Source of the DNA: Diploschistes diacapsis
Lineage: Eukaryota
Direction of reading: 5' to 3'
DNA length: 37,778 bases
Assembly (NCBI GenBank): GCA_023645945.1
Contig: JALAIB010000059.1
Span: 1 to 37,778 of the forward strand
The translations under genes and the position numbers were made by a program. How positions within the stretch are numbered: the stretch's first letter is position 1; each line of letters begins with the position of its first letter. Under the pieces are notes generated by a model. It saw only the letters and a program-made list of their open reading frames with translations, searched no databases and was not told the DNA's origin. Of the stretch, positions 26,855 to 37,778 are shown in pieces.

Positions 26855-28563
26855 TCAAGCGACGAACGAAGCAGCGTTCCCGGCCCGGAGCCTTCCCCTT
26901 CCCCCTCGCCTTGAAGGCCTCCTCGATCTCATCCGGCGACCTCCCCTTCGTCTCCGGCATGAACGGCGCACACACGACCGCGGCGAACAGCGAGCGGCCC
27001 GCGAAACAGAAAATACGCGCCGAAGCTGCTCGGCTCCAGCAGCACGGGCGTCACGAGCGCGACGAGGAAGTTCGCCACCCAGTTGCCGCCGTGCGCGAGG
27101 CTCGTGGCCGACGCCCGCGTGCGCTGCGGCTGGATCTCGGCGGCGGCGTGGATCTTGATGCCGACGGCCCAGGAGGTGCAGTAGATGACGGCGAAGACGT
27201 AGATGGCGACGACGGCGACCCAGCGGCCCCCGCCGGCGTCCGCGTGCACCGCACCGCCGGCGTACAGCGTGCCCATCAGAAACATGGTCGCGCTCAGCCC
27301 GATGCCGCTGTAGACGGTGCTGGGGCGCCGGCCCCCACTTGTCGGCCAGGAACAGCGCCGGCACGGTCACGGCGAAGATGGGGATGGCGGAGACGCCGGA
27401 GGCCAGGAAGGAGGACGAGGCCGAGGCGAGGCCCGCTTGTTCGAAGAGGAGGGGAGCGTACTGCGGGGGTTAGCGTTGCTAGGGTTTGGAGGGGAAGGGG
27501 TTTGAGGCGGCGTGGAGACATGCGTAGAGGACGCCATCGATGCCGCTGAGCTGTTGCATGCCCATTAGGAAGACGGCGAGACCTGTGCGCGTGCGGAGGT
27601 CGCTCGAAAAGACGTCGAAGAAGCTGTGTTTGGCGGGGCGAGCTCCGATGGATGGGGCCGCTGCGGCATCTTGCTGGTTGAGAGACTCAGTCGCCGCTGT
27701 GGTGCTCCCGGGTCCGGCGCTCTGTTGGATCTCCGCTTTCTCGCGCTCGGCATGGCCAACGCCCAGCACATCCCACGCGGCTGAAGCTTCGGCTTGACGG
27801 TCGCGGAGGGCCAGCCACCGAGGGGAAGGGACGAGCCAAAGGAACGAGGATACCGAGAAGGCCACGGAGAAGCAGGCCAGGATGATGAACGGCAGGCGCC
27901 ACGCGAGCGAAGATCCCATGTTGGCACTTCCGTAGCAGGAAAAGTACCCCGTCCCCAGGCCCAGCGTGATCAGCAGTTGCGGGCCTGTTGTAAGAGGTCT
28001 CCCTTTGGCTGGGAGGCGATGTCTCGCAGATATATCTGGTTAGGTAAGCCAACCGTTGTGTCTTCGTAGAGGCAAGACGGGAGTGGGGGGCGATTCGGGC
28101 CTACGCTACCAAGGTTCCCATGTACAACCCCTCCCCAAAGCCTTCGACGACCCTACCTACGATGAACATGCCCAGATTAACGGCTCCGGCCTCGAGTGCT
28201 GCCCCGAGGCCGAAGATCCCAGCACCGATGGCGATGCCGTTGGGTCGTCCCAACAGGTCAGCCACGCGTCCCGCGAAGAAGGAAGAGATGGCGGCCGGGA
28301 TCAGGATGGCCGATACGATCAAGCCATGAACGGTGGCACGATTGTGGGCCGAACTGTCCGATGAAGCTCTTCATCACTGTCACGGGCCCAATGATTCCCG
28401 TGTCTATGCTGGAAGCCCAGATCAGTCGTGAGCTCTCTCCCACGAAGCTGAGTCGGATAGCGACGACAGCCCAACATACCCGAAAAAGGAAACCTCCAAA
28501 AGAGCATAGTGTCGTTGCCAGGACGTACCGCTCGGGTAGTCGGAATGGCTTGCTTAGACGCAT
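26855..28563 (-). pseudogene. MFS sugar porter with several frameshifts (recent pseudogene or consensus indel errors)
   Basis: CSFGGFLFG|DTGIIGPVT, GRVADLLGR, GRVVEGFGEG, YICETSPP, AWRLPF, MQQLSGIDGVLY|Y, LADKWG, AEIQPQRTRA and PETKGRS. GT-AG introns are intact, and at least four indels break the frame. The stop position is approximate. Confidence 0.85.
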
Positions 28564-29335
28564 CTTCGTTATGATGTTAATATTGATTGACCCAGCCTGT
28601 TCCAGTTCGGCGAGGTTGTGCACTGTCTGCCTGTCGTCGTACGATATGCCTGATCCAAGTAATGCAGCGGAGGCTTTGCTAGATGTTGGGGAAAAGTGAA
28701 TTGGAGATAGGGGGGGGTCTATATCGAGCAATGGAAGATAGATCACGATCTAAGAGCTGGCGGCAACTATGTGCTTGGTATTTTGTATTGTGGCTTTGTC
28801 ATGGAGTCACGGAGTACTTCCGCATACTTCCGCAGTTGCAACTCCGTAGACGGGGACCTGCCGTGAATATTACCTATTATGGCTAGTTCTTCGATGCGTT
28901 GCGTCACATAGAAAGAGAGTTCTATCACCTCGAACGAAAGATGGCCTCCTCGAAATCTTAGACGTAGCTTACAAAGATAAATTTCAATGGGCGAACGTAA
29001 GTATGGGGCATTAAGGTGGGGAGAAAGGTTCACTCAACCCATTCAAGCCTCACTTGTAGCATATTGCTTTATTGGAGTCTTTCAAGCAAGCAATTATCTT
29101 CATTTTATCGTCTGTAAATAGCTGACATCGTTGCATCAAGAAAATTATGGTTACAGTAACGTCACATGGAATTTTTTTTGTGTCGTTGCGCAGCCTCTCT
29201 TAAGTGAAATCAAACTGCCATGTGCTGAAAGAGCATTCGGACTGGATAGCCTCGTGGATTTGGAACCGTTCTTCGGCGCAAACGAAAACCAAACCTACAA
29301 CTATCGATCATACGCTTGCTTTCCACCACCCAGGT

Positions 29336-30896
29336 CTACGCCAACGGAAACCACTGATTGAACCGATTCTGCGGATCGTAACGCTTCTTCAGTGACTGCA
29401 GCCGCTGCAGGCTATCTCCGTAGATAGTCGCCAGCGCTTCATCGCCGTGCGCAAAGCTAATATGCCTGGAGATAACACAGTCAGCAGCGGTACCGCAGGC
29501 TTCGGATCAGAGCATCAACTCACGTGCTGTTCTGTGCTAATCCAGCCGTCGAGCGCAGCAGGCTCCGTATCTTGCTCCCCCCATGCCTCGGCCGTCGCAT
29601 CGAAGCTAGCGTCGGTGTACCACGGTATGGCGATAATGTGGTGCGGGAAGGCTGCGAAAGGGATACGACGCCGTCGGGCTGCCAATAGCTTCGGCTTTCT
29701 TCACGGGATAGTTCTCGGCTAGGATGGAGGTGTTGCCGACTTTGGCGCCGCCCGCCGTGGGTCGCGATGAAGGTCTTGAACGATTCGTAGACGGTCCGCC
29801 AGGTTGAGACGTTTCGAGCTGCTCGGCTGACACACCGTATATACCGGCTTGCGGTCGCCCTTGGCGCAGAAGGTATCACTCCAGGCACCCCATTCCATGT
29901 AGGGAAGAACGTTGGTGCTGTTGCTAAGGGATCCGATTTTTAGGACGGGAGCCCAGGCTTTTTCGGCCTCGGATGCGTTGCCCAAGAAGAATGCTATCGC
30001 GCTGATCATTGGCTTGTATGCCGGTGGTCCGCTGGTTGAAAGTAGAAAATCGATTTGCATGTGTGGCGCGAGGTCAATCGTGTTTATTGTTGAGATCAGA
30101 TCCTTGAGTTTGTCATCCGCGAACGTCAGTCTGCTTTGCCAGGCTACATTTACAGCCTGCGGCATTGGGTATGCGGAGACCACGGTCGATGTAACGACCC
30201 CGAAGTTGGGAGCGGCACCTCGCAGGACCCACCATAGGTCCGGTTCATTCGTGCTTGAGACATTGACAGCTTCACCCGAAGCTAGTACTAAGTTCACGGA
30301 CTGAAGCTGGTCGACTACCCAACCATAAAGCCCAGCTGTTCGTGTAAGCCCTCCGCCCAGACCAGCGCCGAGGCAACCCAGGCAGTTGCAGGTCGGATTC
30401 GCAAATCGGGCGTTGTTAGAATATCCTGCGTTCACAAGCGCCTGGTTGCGGACAACGCCTTGTAACCAAAGCTCGTGTCTTGTCCGCGTTAAAATTGATT
30501 TGCTGCAGATTTTTAATGTTGATAATCACGCCGCAGGCACCAATGTTGAAGGTGTTAACCCAGCCATTGCCACCGTTATGGGCCACAAATGCCAGGCCCT
30601 GTTGATTGCAGTATTTAACCTAGTTTAAACGATTCGGCATGTGGAGTTCCTTGGTCAACGTGAGGTACTCTCTAACTCCAGCTCTCCTCGTTGAAGTCTC
30701 TACGGCGCTCCGCATGCACACTTTACAGTATCAGTTGCCTCAGAGCAGGATGTCTCTGCTGTAGTGTTTCCAATAGAGCTTCCTTGCGAGGACTGCGGTC
30801 AAGTTCGGTGTGGATGGTCGATAGGCTTGAGCATTGGGCTGCCAAGCTTATTGCAGCAAGGAAAAAGAAAGGGCTGCGGTGACCGATGAGCGACAT
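29336..30896 (-). pseudogene. Secreted FAD-linked oxidoreductase (BBE/VAO family), frameshifted
   Basis: Signal-like N terminus, AHNGGNGW, CNCLGCLGAGLGGG, DLWWVLRGAAPNFGVVTS, and a BBE-domain last exon YISFAHGDE...LKKRYDPQNRFNQWFPLA*. Frameshifts occur near 30460, 29840 and 29730, and the 5' exon is degraded. Confidence 0.85.
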
Positions 30897-31561
30897 ACTG
30901 CACGAAAATTCCCAAGGAAAGTCGCAGATGGGAACGCTCATCTTAAGGGCTATGTTAGGTAGCGAAAAGCAAAACGTTGATATGCGGAACGACATGGCTG
31001 CAAGGCTACGACCTTGGCTACTTTCTCAATGATGCGGAACCACAGTCAGACAAGGAGTGTCAACCACAGGAGCTTAAGGCCTAACCAGCGCCACTCGGTG
31101 AGAACAGCAATGCTCCAAGGCAGAAGGTCGCTTCAAACTTGGGCAAATAGAAGCCGACCTTGGTTGATGATAGTTTGACAGAGAGCTTCTGATGCAACGA
31201 AGGCGCGAAGAGAGTCTGGATGGCTCGTTTAGCATTCGGAACGATTTCTTCCCATGCAGATCATACCGCAACCGCCATGAGAAGGACCAAAGGAAGTACG
31301 GGCGCTCGTAGGGGGTTCGTACAGCCACATCTCTTGGTCCATATGTATTTATATATAGGTAACTAGACGGTGGTATGCCACCATTTCATTTCTATTCCAA
31401 TCAACTCCTTCATGCTTTCGCTGTTGTCGCTTCTTAATAAAAGAACCTTCAAAAGCACTACTCCCTTGGACAGCAGGTAGAAGATTCCGCTCAATAATTG
31501 AAAAAAACCTAGCATTGTATCAGATACTAATGCTAAGAAAATAGTTGTCTAATCCAACACC

Positions 31562-32539
31562 ATGGCCGACGACTCAGAGAATTTTTGGAAAGTTGCTAAA
31601 GACGATTCAGCCTTTTGGGACGCGTACGTGTCCACCCGGCCCAGATATAGTTCTGCATTCTACAAAGAAGTCTATTCGTACCACGCAGCGCACTCTTCGT
31701 CCTGGGCTCTTGCCCACGACATAGGCTGTGGTGCAGGCCAAGTGACCACCGAGCTCATCTCCTGTTTCCAACACGTGGTAGCATCGGACATGAACGACAC
31801 GCACTTGGCTGTCGCTCAGCAGCGGCTACAACAGCAGGGCTTGGACCACAGCCGCATCGCATTCTCGCCCTCGAAGGGGGAAGATCTGCACCTCCACCAC
31901 CCGTCCAGCTCCGCGGACCTGATCGCCGTTCCGGAAGCAATAGTGCTGATGGACGTAGACGCCGCGCTGGCGTGTTTCGCCACACTACTCGGGCCCGGCG
32001 GTACGCTTGCGATATGGTTCTATGGGCGCCCCACCTTCGCCGACCCGGTCCTTCGGTCTCGCGGCCAGCCGCGGCTCGACGCCATCATCTCGAGCAGCTG
32101 GGACAAGGCTTTCCGCGGCAGCGGCGACCGAAGGCGGGCCGGCCTCAAGCGTGCCAGCGACGCCATGGCGAGCTGGCTCGACTACATTGCCTTCAACCCG
32201 GGGACTTGGAGCGACGTGCGCCGCATCAAATGGAATCCGAAAGCAAAGCTGTCTTTCTTCGGCCACGAGTGTGGGTTCGAGCCGGAGCCTGTATCCAACG
32301 TGCGCGAATGGGAGGCGGTCGAAGAAAGAGAGGACCCGGAGTGGTGGCGCAATGATTGGAGTGTGGGGGATCTCAAAAAGTATGCCCGCGCGTTATTTCC
32401 AGGGTTTAGGGAGGCAGTGGACGAGAACGACGTGGAGATTGCTGCCCATTTCCAAGCCTTAGCGGAGACCATGGGTGGCGAAACGAAGACACAGCAATTC
32501 ACCTGGCCTGTGGTCCTTATTCTGGCAACCAGAAAGTAA
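31562..32539 (+). CDS. Class I SAM-dependent methyltransferase (trans-aconitate MT-like, secondary-metabolism type)
   Basis: Intronless 325-aa ORF with FWDAYVSTRPRY, motif I AHDIGCGAGQV, VVASD and LLGPGGTLAIWFYG, ending WPVVLILATRK. An AT-rich TATA-like tract lies at ~31350. Confidence 0.9.
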   Translation: MADDSENFWKVAKDDSAFWDAYVSTRPRYSSAFYKEVYSYHAAHSSSWALAHDIGCGAGQVTTELISCFQHVVASDMNDTHLAVAQQRLQQQGLDHSRIAFSPSKGEDLHLHHPSSSADLIAVPEAIVLMDVDAALACFATLLGPGGTLAIWFYGRPTFADPVLRSRGQPRLDAIISSSWDKAFRGSGDRRRAGLKRASDAMASWLDYIAFNPGTWSDVRRIKWNPKAKLSFFGHECGFEPEPVSNVREWEAVEEREDPEWWRNDWSVGDLKKYARALFPGFREAVDENDVEIAAHFQALAETMGGETKTQQFTWPVVLILATRK

Positions 32540-32749
32540 TAATGGCGCTACGTAGGCTGTTCTCGGTCCCATTACTTGCGCCTTCTTGCAGGGCTACACC
32601 TTCTTTATCGATTATTGATTTTACTTTGGTAATAGTTTCTTTCTATAAGGATTGTTATACTTCATGGCCGACTTCGAACACAACCTTCATTCTTACCATT
32701 CCTTCCTATGGTTAAATAGCATCAGGCCGATATAATGCTCGTTTATACT

Positions 32750-34341
32750 TTAGCTCGTTTTCCGTGGCAAAAGCGGAAACCATTGATCAAAACGGTTATG
32801 AGGATCATACTTGGCCTTAATCGCTTTCAACTGTGCAAGGCTCTGACCATATACCTCCTGTAGGCTCTCATCTCCGTGTGCAAAATTTATGTATCTATCA
32901 AAACCTGATTAGTTTCTGTTGTTGGGGTTATGGAAGCATAAGCAAGCTTTGCGGCAAGGTTAAACGACTTACGTGCTGTTAGATGCTAGGTCGTCGGTTG
33001 CTCTCCAGAGATCCCTAGCCTTTGATCCAAATTCTTCGGCTGCGCTATCCAGAGCGGGATCTGCGTACCAGGGAATGGCCACGGCGTTGAAATTGACGCT
33101 CGAGCGGAAGGGGAAGGAAGATGAATTGTCCGGTACCGAGCGAGCTTTTATGAGTGAATAAGCTTCAAGTATGACGCTACTGGCCGCGGTCCCAGGGGTC
33201 TTTACAAATTCGACGAATTCATTGTAGACGGCCCTCCACGTTGAAGGAACCATATGAGCCATTGCCGCACCGTAAGACGGCTTACGGTCCCCCTCAACGC
33301 AGAATGAGGCTGCACCGTCGTTCCAATGAGGGTACGAGACCTCGGCAGTGGTATCAGAAGATGGTCCGACGGCGTAAATCGATTTAAAAGCCTCTTTGCC
33401 TTCGGACGCGTTGCCATAGTAGAATGGAGTGACAACGATTTGGGGTGTTCCGGGAGTAGAAGAATTGCCCGTTCCGTTGGTCAAATAGTATAGAAAGATG
33501 TTCATCTTGGGCTCCAATACGAGGTCGTTGATTGCCTGAATCAGCGACTCGAGCTTGTCTTCCGTAAATGTAAGAGCGCCAAGCCAGGCCAAGTTCTGTT
33601 GCTCTGATACTGGATACGCTTTCACGACTGCTGAAGTCACAATTCCAAAGTTCGGACCAGCTCCTCGTACAGCCCACCAGAGATCCTGATCTTGAGGAGT
33701 CACCGTAATAAGCTCTCCTTTAGCTGTGACCATATTCAGCGAAAGGATATTGTCAACGCCAAATCCAAATAGGCCCATGAGGTTACCATATCCCTTTCTT
33801 AGGATTGCGCCTAAAGTTCTAACGCAATTGCAATTTCCTGTTTGAAGCTGTACGCCGTTCGCATACGCAGCGCTGATGGCTTCAGATATCAAAGTACCAT
33901 TCCTAATTATTGCTTGCGTCTTATTGGAGCTAACTGTTACTGTGTTTATTGTAGTAAGATTAATTAAAACACCGTTTTGATGTAGATCGAACGAGTTGAT
34001 CTAGCCGTGGCCGCCGTTCTGTGCCAGAAAGGGAATATTATGTGCAATACAATATTGTACCTATCGCCTGGTAAGGATGAAATTATAAGTTTCTAGAGAT
34101 TATCGATATATACAGTTATTAGAACATCTTTTTCTGTTGCCACGTTTATAATAGTGCCTGGGTCAGGAGCATCAAAGTCGCTTCATCTAGGCGCTGCAGA
34201 TGTATTATGGGTTATAGAAGCATTCGGCGATAGTAGCGAAGGTAGATTACCCATCACATTTGGGAAAGCAGTAGTAGCGGTCGAAAGGTATAAGAAGTAT
34301 AGGAGGAGTAAATGTGTCGTTTGTATGGCTGGAAGAGGCAT
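32750..34341 (-). pseudogene. Secreted FAD-linked oxidoreductase (BBE/VAO family), 5' third inactivated by RIP-like mutation
   Basis: Three exons with the reading frame preserved. Trp codons became stops at 34183-34185 (APR*SDF) and 34001-34003 (NGGHG*). Downstream DLWWAVRGAGPNFGIVTS and YINFAHGDE...YDPHNRFDQWFPL are clean. Confidence 0.9.
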
Positions 34342-35294
34342 TCAAAGTGATGATGCGTTTAAGAAACTAGATAAAACGGTAGAGTAAAGTATATAAGAAA
34401 GAGCATTAAAGGATAGCTGTCTAGATATTATATTCCAGTGCGTAGATGATATTTCCGAGGTATAGAAGACTGAGATGAAAACCGATTTTCCTAGATCGTC
34501 AAGAGAATGCGGGATATAATCTATGTTTTTATGTTTTTGGCGTGGCGGATGGGAAGATTTATTATGAGATGAGCAAAATAGAGGGGACCGTTAGTCGTTG
34601 TTTGCCCAGAGGTCATTTTCCGCATCGGCGTATTAAGTTGATTATCCGTTTTATTTCGGCTGTTGAAGTTCCAGGACAGGCTTGCAATACCCGAATGTTA
34701 AGTTTAGCTCGTTGGCTGTCTTTAAGAGACTTAGTAACGGTGTAAACAGTCGGTAGAGTTTTATGGACCGATGTTTATGAAGTCTTCGTACGGACTTCTT
34801 GTATTCCTGGATAGATTGAAAGCTGAAATGTTGGTTCGTATTCCGATTAAGGGGATATGATTTACGGTCTTGGGCGTATATGTTTCCCTTTACACCGCCA
34901 TGTTTATGCTTTTGTTTTATATAGCTGATTCCGGCCCTTGATTAAATTTAATAAGGTAGTAATGCTTTCGTATTATTATGGCTTAGGAAATAGCTCAAAA
35001 GCATTCAAAACTCTGCATCAACCTTAGGATGGTCTATTAAACCGGGAAGTCATCTACGTGTGCTTATCTCGCATGGCTACATGACTTGTTGGAACACAGC
35101 TCTCTTGCTCTTTATTACACTGACGATGCAACATGTGGTAAGACCTTGTGCCTAACTTTTTCGGAGATTATAGCCTACTCGAGTAACTCTAGTAACAAAA
35201 AGCGCAGGTGAATAATACTTCTATTGATGATTCGAGTCGCATTGTCAGCTGAAGTTCATGATAACGCGCAGCGTCCTAGCGTTGCTGATCAACA

Positions 35295-35550
35295 AAAGCT
35301 GATGGTTGGATAACAATCGGCAGTTACGGTAGCACCATGCATTGTCATCACGCGTGGAAAATGTCCCGTTGAACTTCGTTCACGGCTTTTATCGTCGATC
35401 CATTTATTACCCCCACCCGTCCGAAAGCTGGTGGTTGGATAACAACCGGCAGTTACAGTAGTATTATGTATTGTTATCACGTCTGGAAAATGTCTCGTTG
35501 AACTTCGTTCACGGCCTTTATCGTCGATTTATTTGTATTTTTTAATTCGT
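35295..35550. repeat. 129-bp tandem duplication (2 copies)
   Basis: Copies start at 35295 and 35424 (AAAGCTGRTGGTTGGATAACAA...). Most differences are C>T in the right-hand copy. Confidence 0.9.
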
Positions 35551-35924
35551 CTTGTGGTTAAAGCGTGTATGTCTCTTTTTAAAAAGTTACAAGCATTTTC
35601 TTTATATTATATATATTGGAACATGCAATGCTGTTTAGTCGTATATAAGGGAGTATGATATGTATTATAAAGGTTTTAAACGCGGCGGAAGATGGTCAGT
35701 GTTTGATGCTATTATCGTCACTATCGATAATAATAACGGATGGAATATGAGTATTTCCCTCTTGGGAGGCTTCATAATTCTTGATAAGAATTCTTCTTAA
35801 GCCGGCGTGCATACTTTATTAGTAGTTAGGAACTGCTTCTCATTCGCCTAATCGCTACTTCCTTTTTTAAATTATCAGTTGTATTATCTTTCGTAAATAA
35901 CCATGAGCTAAAATTATATTTAAG

Positions 35925-36818
35925 GTTTTATGATCGGCCTTGGTGCCGCTTTTATTCTTTTATTTATAGCCGCAGTGGTTTTTCGAGTATGGGGTAAAGG
36001 TTCTTGGACGTAAGGGTTTGAGATTGGATGATTATCTCATCGTTTGTGTTTTGGTAGGTTAGTAAGCAGCAGGATGTCCTTTAATTGGTTAATGTATAAG
36101 AGGCCGTTTCGATCGGGTGTAATATCATTTAAATCATAGGTATACCTACTGAATCACTTCAACTGCTCCATATCTGTATGCTGAAAATATAACAGCGGCG
36201 GTCGATGGCAACCTCTGTTAAACGACCCGCGGTTTTTGGTCTATGAAAGGGTTAGTTCGGATGTCATTTCTGTTTTAAAAAATCTTAAGATTTTTACTGC
36301 GTTTTAGTGCAAGTTTGCTGTTAACTTACTCTTAACCATCGGTCTTGGTTTTGTTAAATCTTCGATTTTTGTCTTTTACATGAACATTTTTACAGTGAAC
36401 AACTTTCGTATTGTAACGCGCGCTATGCTTATCGCTGTGGTTTGTTGGACAATTGTATTTTTCTTTGCAAACTTGCTCTAGTGCGTCCCAGTTACGCCCC
36501 TTATTGAGTTTTTTTTATAATAATAATTGTATCAACGGTATTCTCGTCCGGTATTCTATGGCAATCTCCGACGTAATAATTGATTTCCTAATCGTCTTGA
36601 TGCCGATCCCTATGGTTCTCCGGCTGTAAATGTCGATGAAGTAAAGGCTTGTAATCCTAGGTATATTCTTGTTTGGAGTTACGTTAGTCGCTTTCGCGAT
36701 ATCCATGTGTTGTGGGCTGATTCTAGTTGCATAGGGTATGCGCCGTTAGTATAACAAAGAGTGGTGATGTATTTTTATGTGGGGGACACGTTTATCCTGC
36801 ATTACAACGACGAAACCT
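35925..36818 (+). pseudogene. PTH11/Sat4-like fungal rhodopsin-domain membrane protein, RIP-damaged and interrupted
   Basis: AAVVFRVW..RKGLRLDDYLIV, GFVKSSIFVFYMNIF, L*CVPV and ISDVIIDFLIVLMPIPMVLRL*MSMK*RLVILGIFLFG. Stops are TAA/TAG at expected Gln codons. The last TM helices are missing before the retroelement, and the start is not defined. Confidence 0.85.
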
Positions 36819-36849
36819 GTGTGCATGTCTTATTCCATAAGGTAGCACG

Positions 36850-37778
36850 TGATGGAGAAATCGTTGATTTGTGGTTTCACTACGGAGTTAAGCCCTAAGT
36901 CCGAAAAGACTTGGCAGAATACCTTTTATTTGTAAATCTGTAGCTAAACAATTTAAACACACCATGCAATCGAATCACATATGGTAACAACGAAAAGGTA
37001 ACTCACCTAAAAAATTCTAACCTCGATTAAACTCTAAAAATCGAGTTTCGAAAAAAATAAATCCTTTTTCGATCGAAACGATTCGATTCGCTTATACTAT
37101 TCGATTTATTAAGATTTAAAACATAAATCGCGTGATAAAAATCTCTTCACCGCATTTTCTTACCGTTCAACCCCCCAAAAAAACCCTCACAAACTATTAT
37201 AAAGATTATCGTTTTCGTCTATTAAGAAATCAAAGAATTTCGGAAACATACGTTATCTTCTTTTAAACTTTTTGAAAATCTAACATTATCGACCAAACAT
37301 TATTATAACCGAAAGAGAACCAACCGACCTTATTAAGAAAAAATAGAATCCCGATAATCAATCTAATATACCGCAGACGCCGATAATACCAGAAAATTAA
37401 CGTCTATATCTTCAAAATATAAATACTCGGTAAAAAGAATAACAAATATTATTACAATAACAGACCGAAACCAATCAATTATTAATAAAACGAATACATT
37501 AGTTTAATATTAATCAGAATCGATTAAAATCGATTTAAAAGAATACGAGTCGAACAACCTCGGATCGAGATCCCAATCGTATAGAAATTAAATCTTCTAC
37601 ACGACCTACGTTTAGGATACTTAATCCACCCAAATACGATAATTCTAAGAAAAACGATACGTACGATAGATAAATACTACAAATTAAACGATGTTTAATT
37701 ATTATAAAAAGTCTTTATGCCGTCAAGTTTCGCGACGATCAAAAAACGAGCATTATTATTATAAACCTTAAAAGCGAC
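36850..37778 (+). mobile_element. 5' end of a RIP-degraded Ty3/Gypsy LTR retrotransposon (LTR end, PBS, gag)
   Basis: An LTR-like end ...TCACA (36979) is followed 2 nt later by PBS-like TGGTAACAACG (36982). One frame from 37305 to the window end gives a Q/E-rich N terminus and then PPKYDNSKKNDTYDR*ILQIKR...DDQK..IIINLKSD, gag-like after reverting RIP. The sequence is very AT-rich and depleted of TG and GG. The LTR start is uncertain. Confidence 0.7.

Noticed and set aside
26415..27549. Arg/Pro-rich ORFs of 100-212 aa
   Set aside because: They result from frameshifted or antisense reading of the sugar porter and the GAG microsatellite.

Overview
Eukaryotic DNA from a filamentous ascomycete (Pezizomycotina): short GT-AG introns with CTRAC branch sites and RIP-type mutation. 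All family calls come from recognising motifs by eye, with no database search. Apparently intact genes: 3' end of a SET-domain gene, a NUDT19-like Nudix hydrolase, a CorA-like membrane protein, a salicylaldehyde/vanillin-type aldehyde dehydrogenase, a GH5 exo-beta-1,3-glucanase and a SAM methyltransferase. About 4.9-16.3 kb holds four co-oriented pseudogenes: DUF3669 kinase-like, GH18 chitinase, an MFS transporter, and a PNP_UDP-NACHT NLR relic with a candidate amyloid signalling motif. A 539-bp TA-flanked MITE with internal hairpins lies at 25.6-26.2 kb. The right end holds a decaying tailoring-gene cassette (FAD oxidase, methyltransferase, FAD oxidase, PTH11/Sat4-like membrane gene). The membrane gene is interrupted by a RIP-mutated Ty3/Gypsy element, and C>T damage extends about 3 kb into the neighbouring genes.
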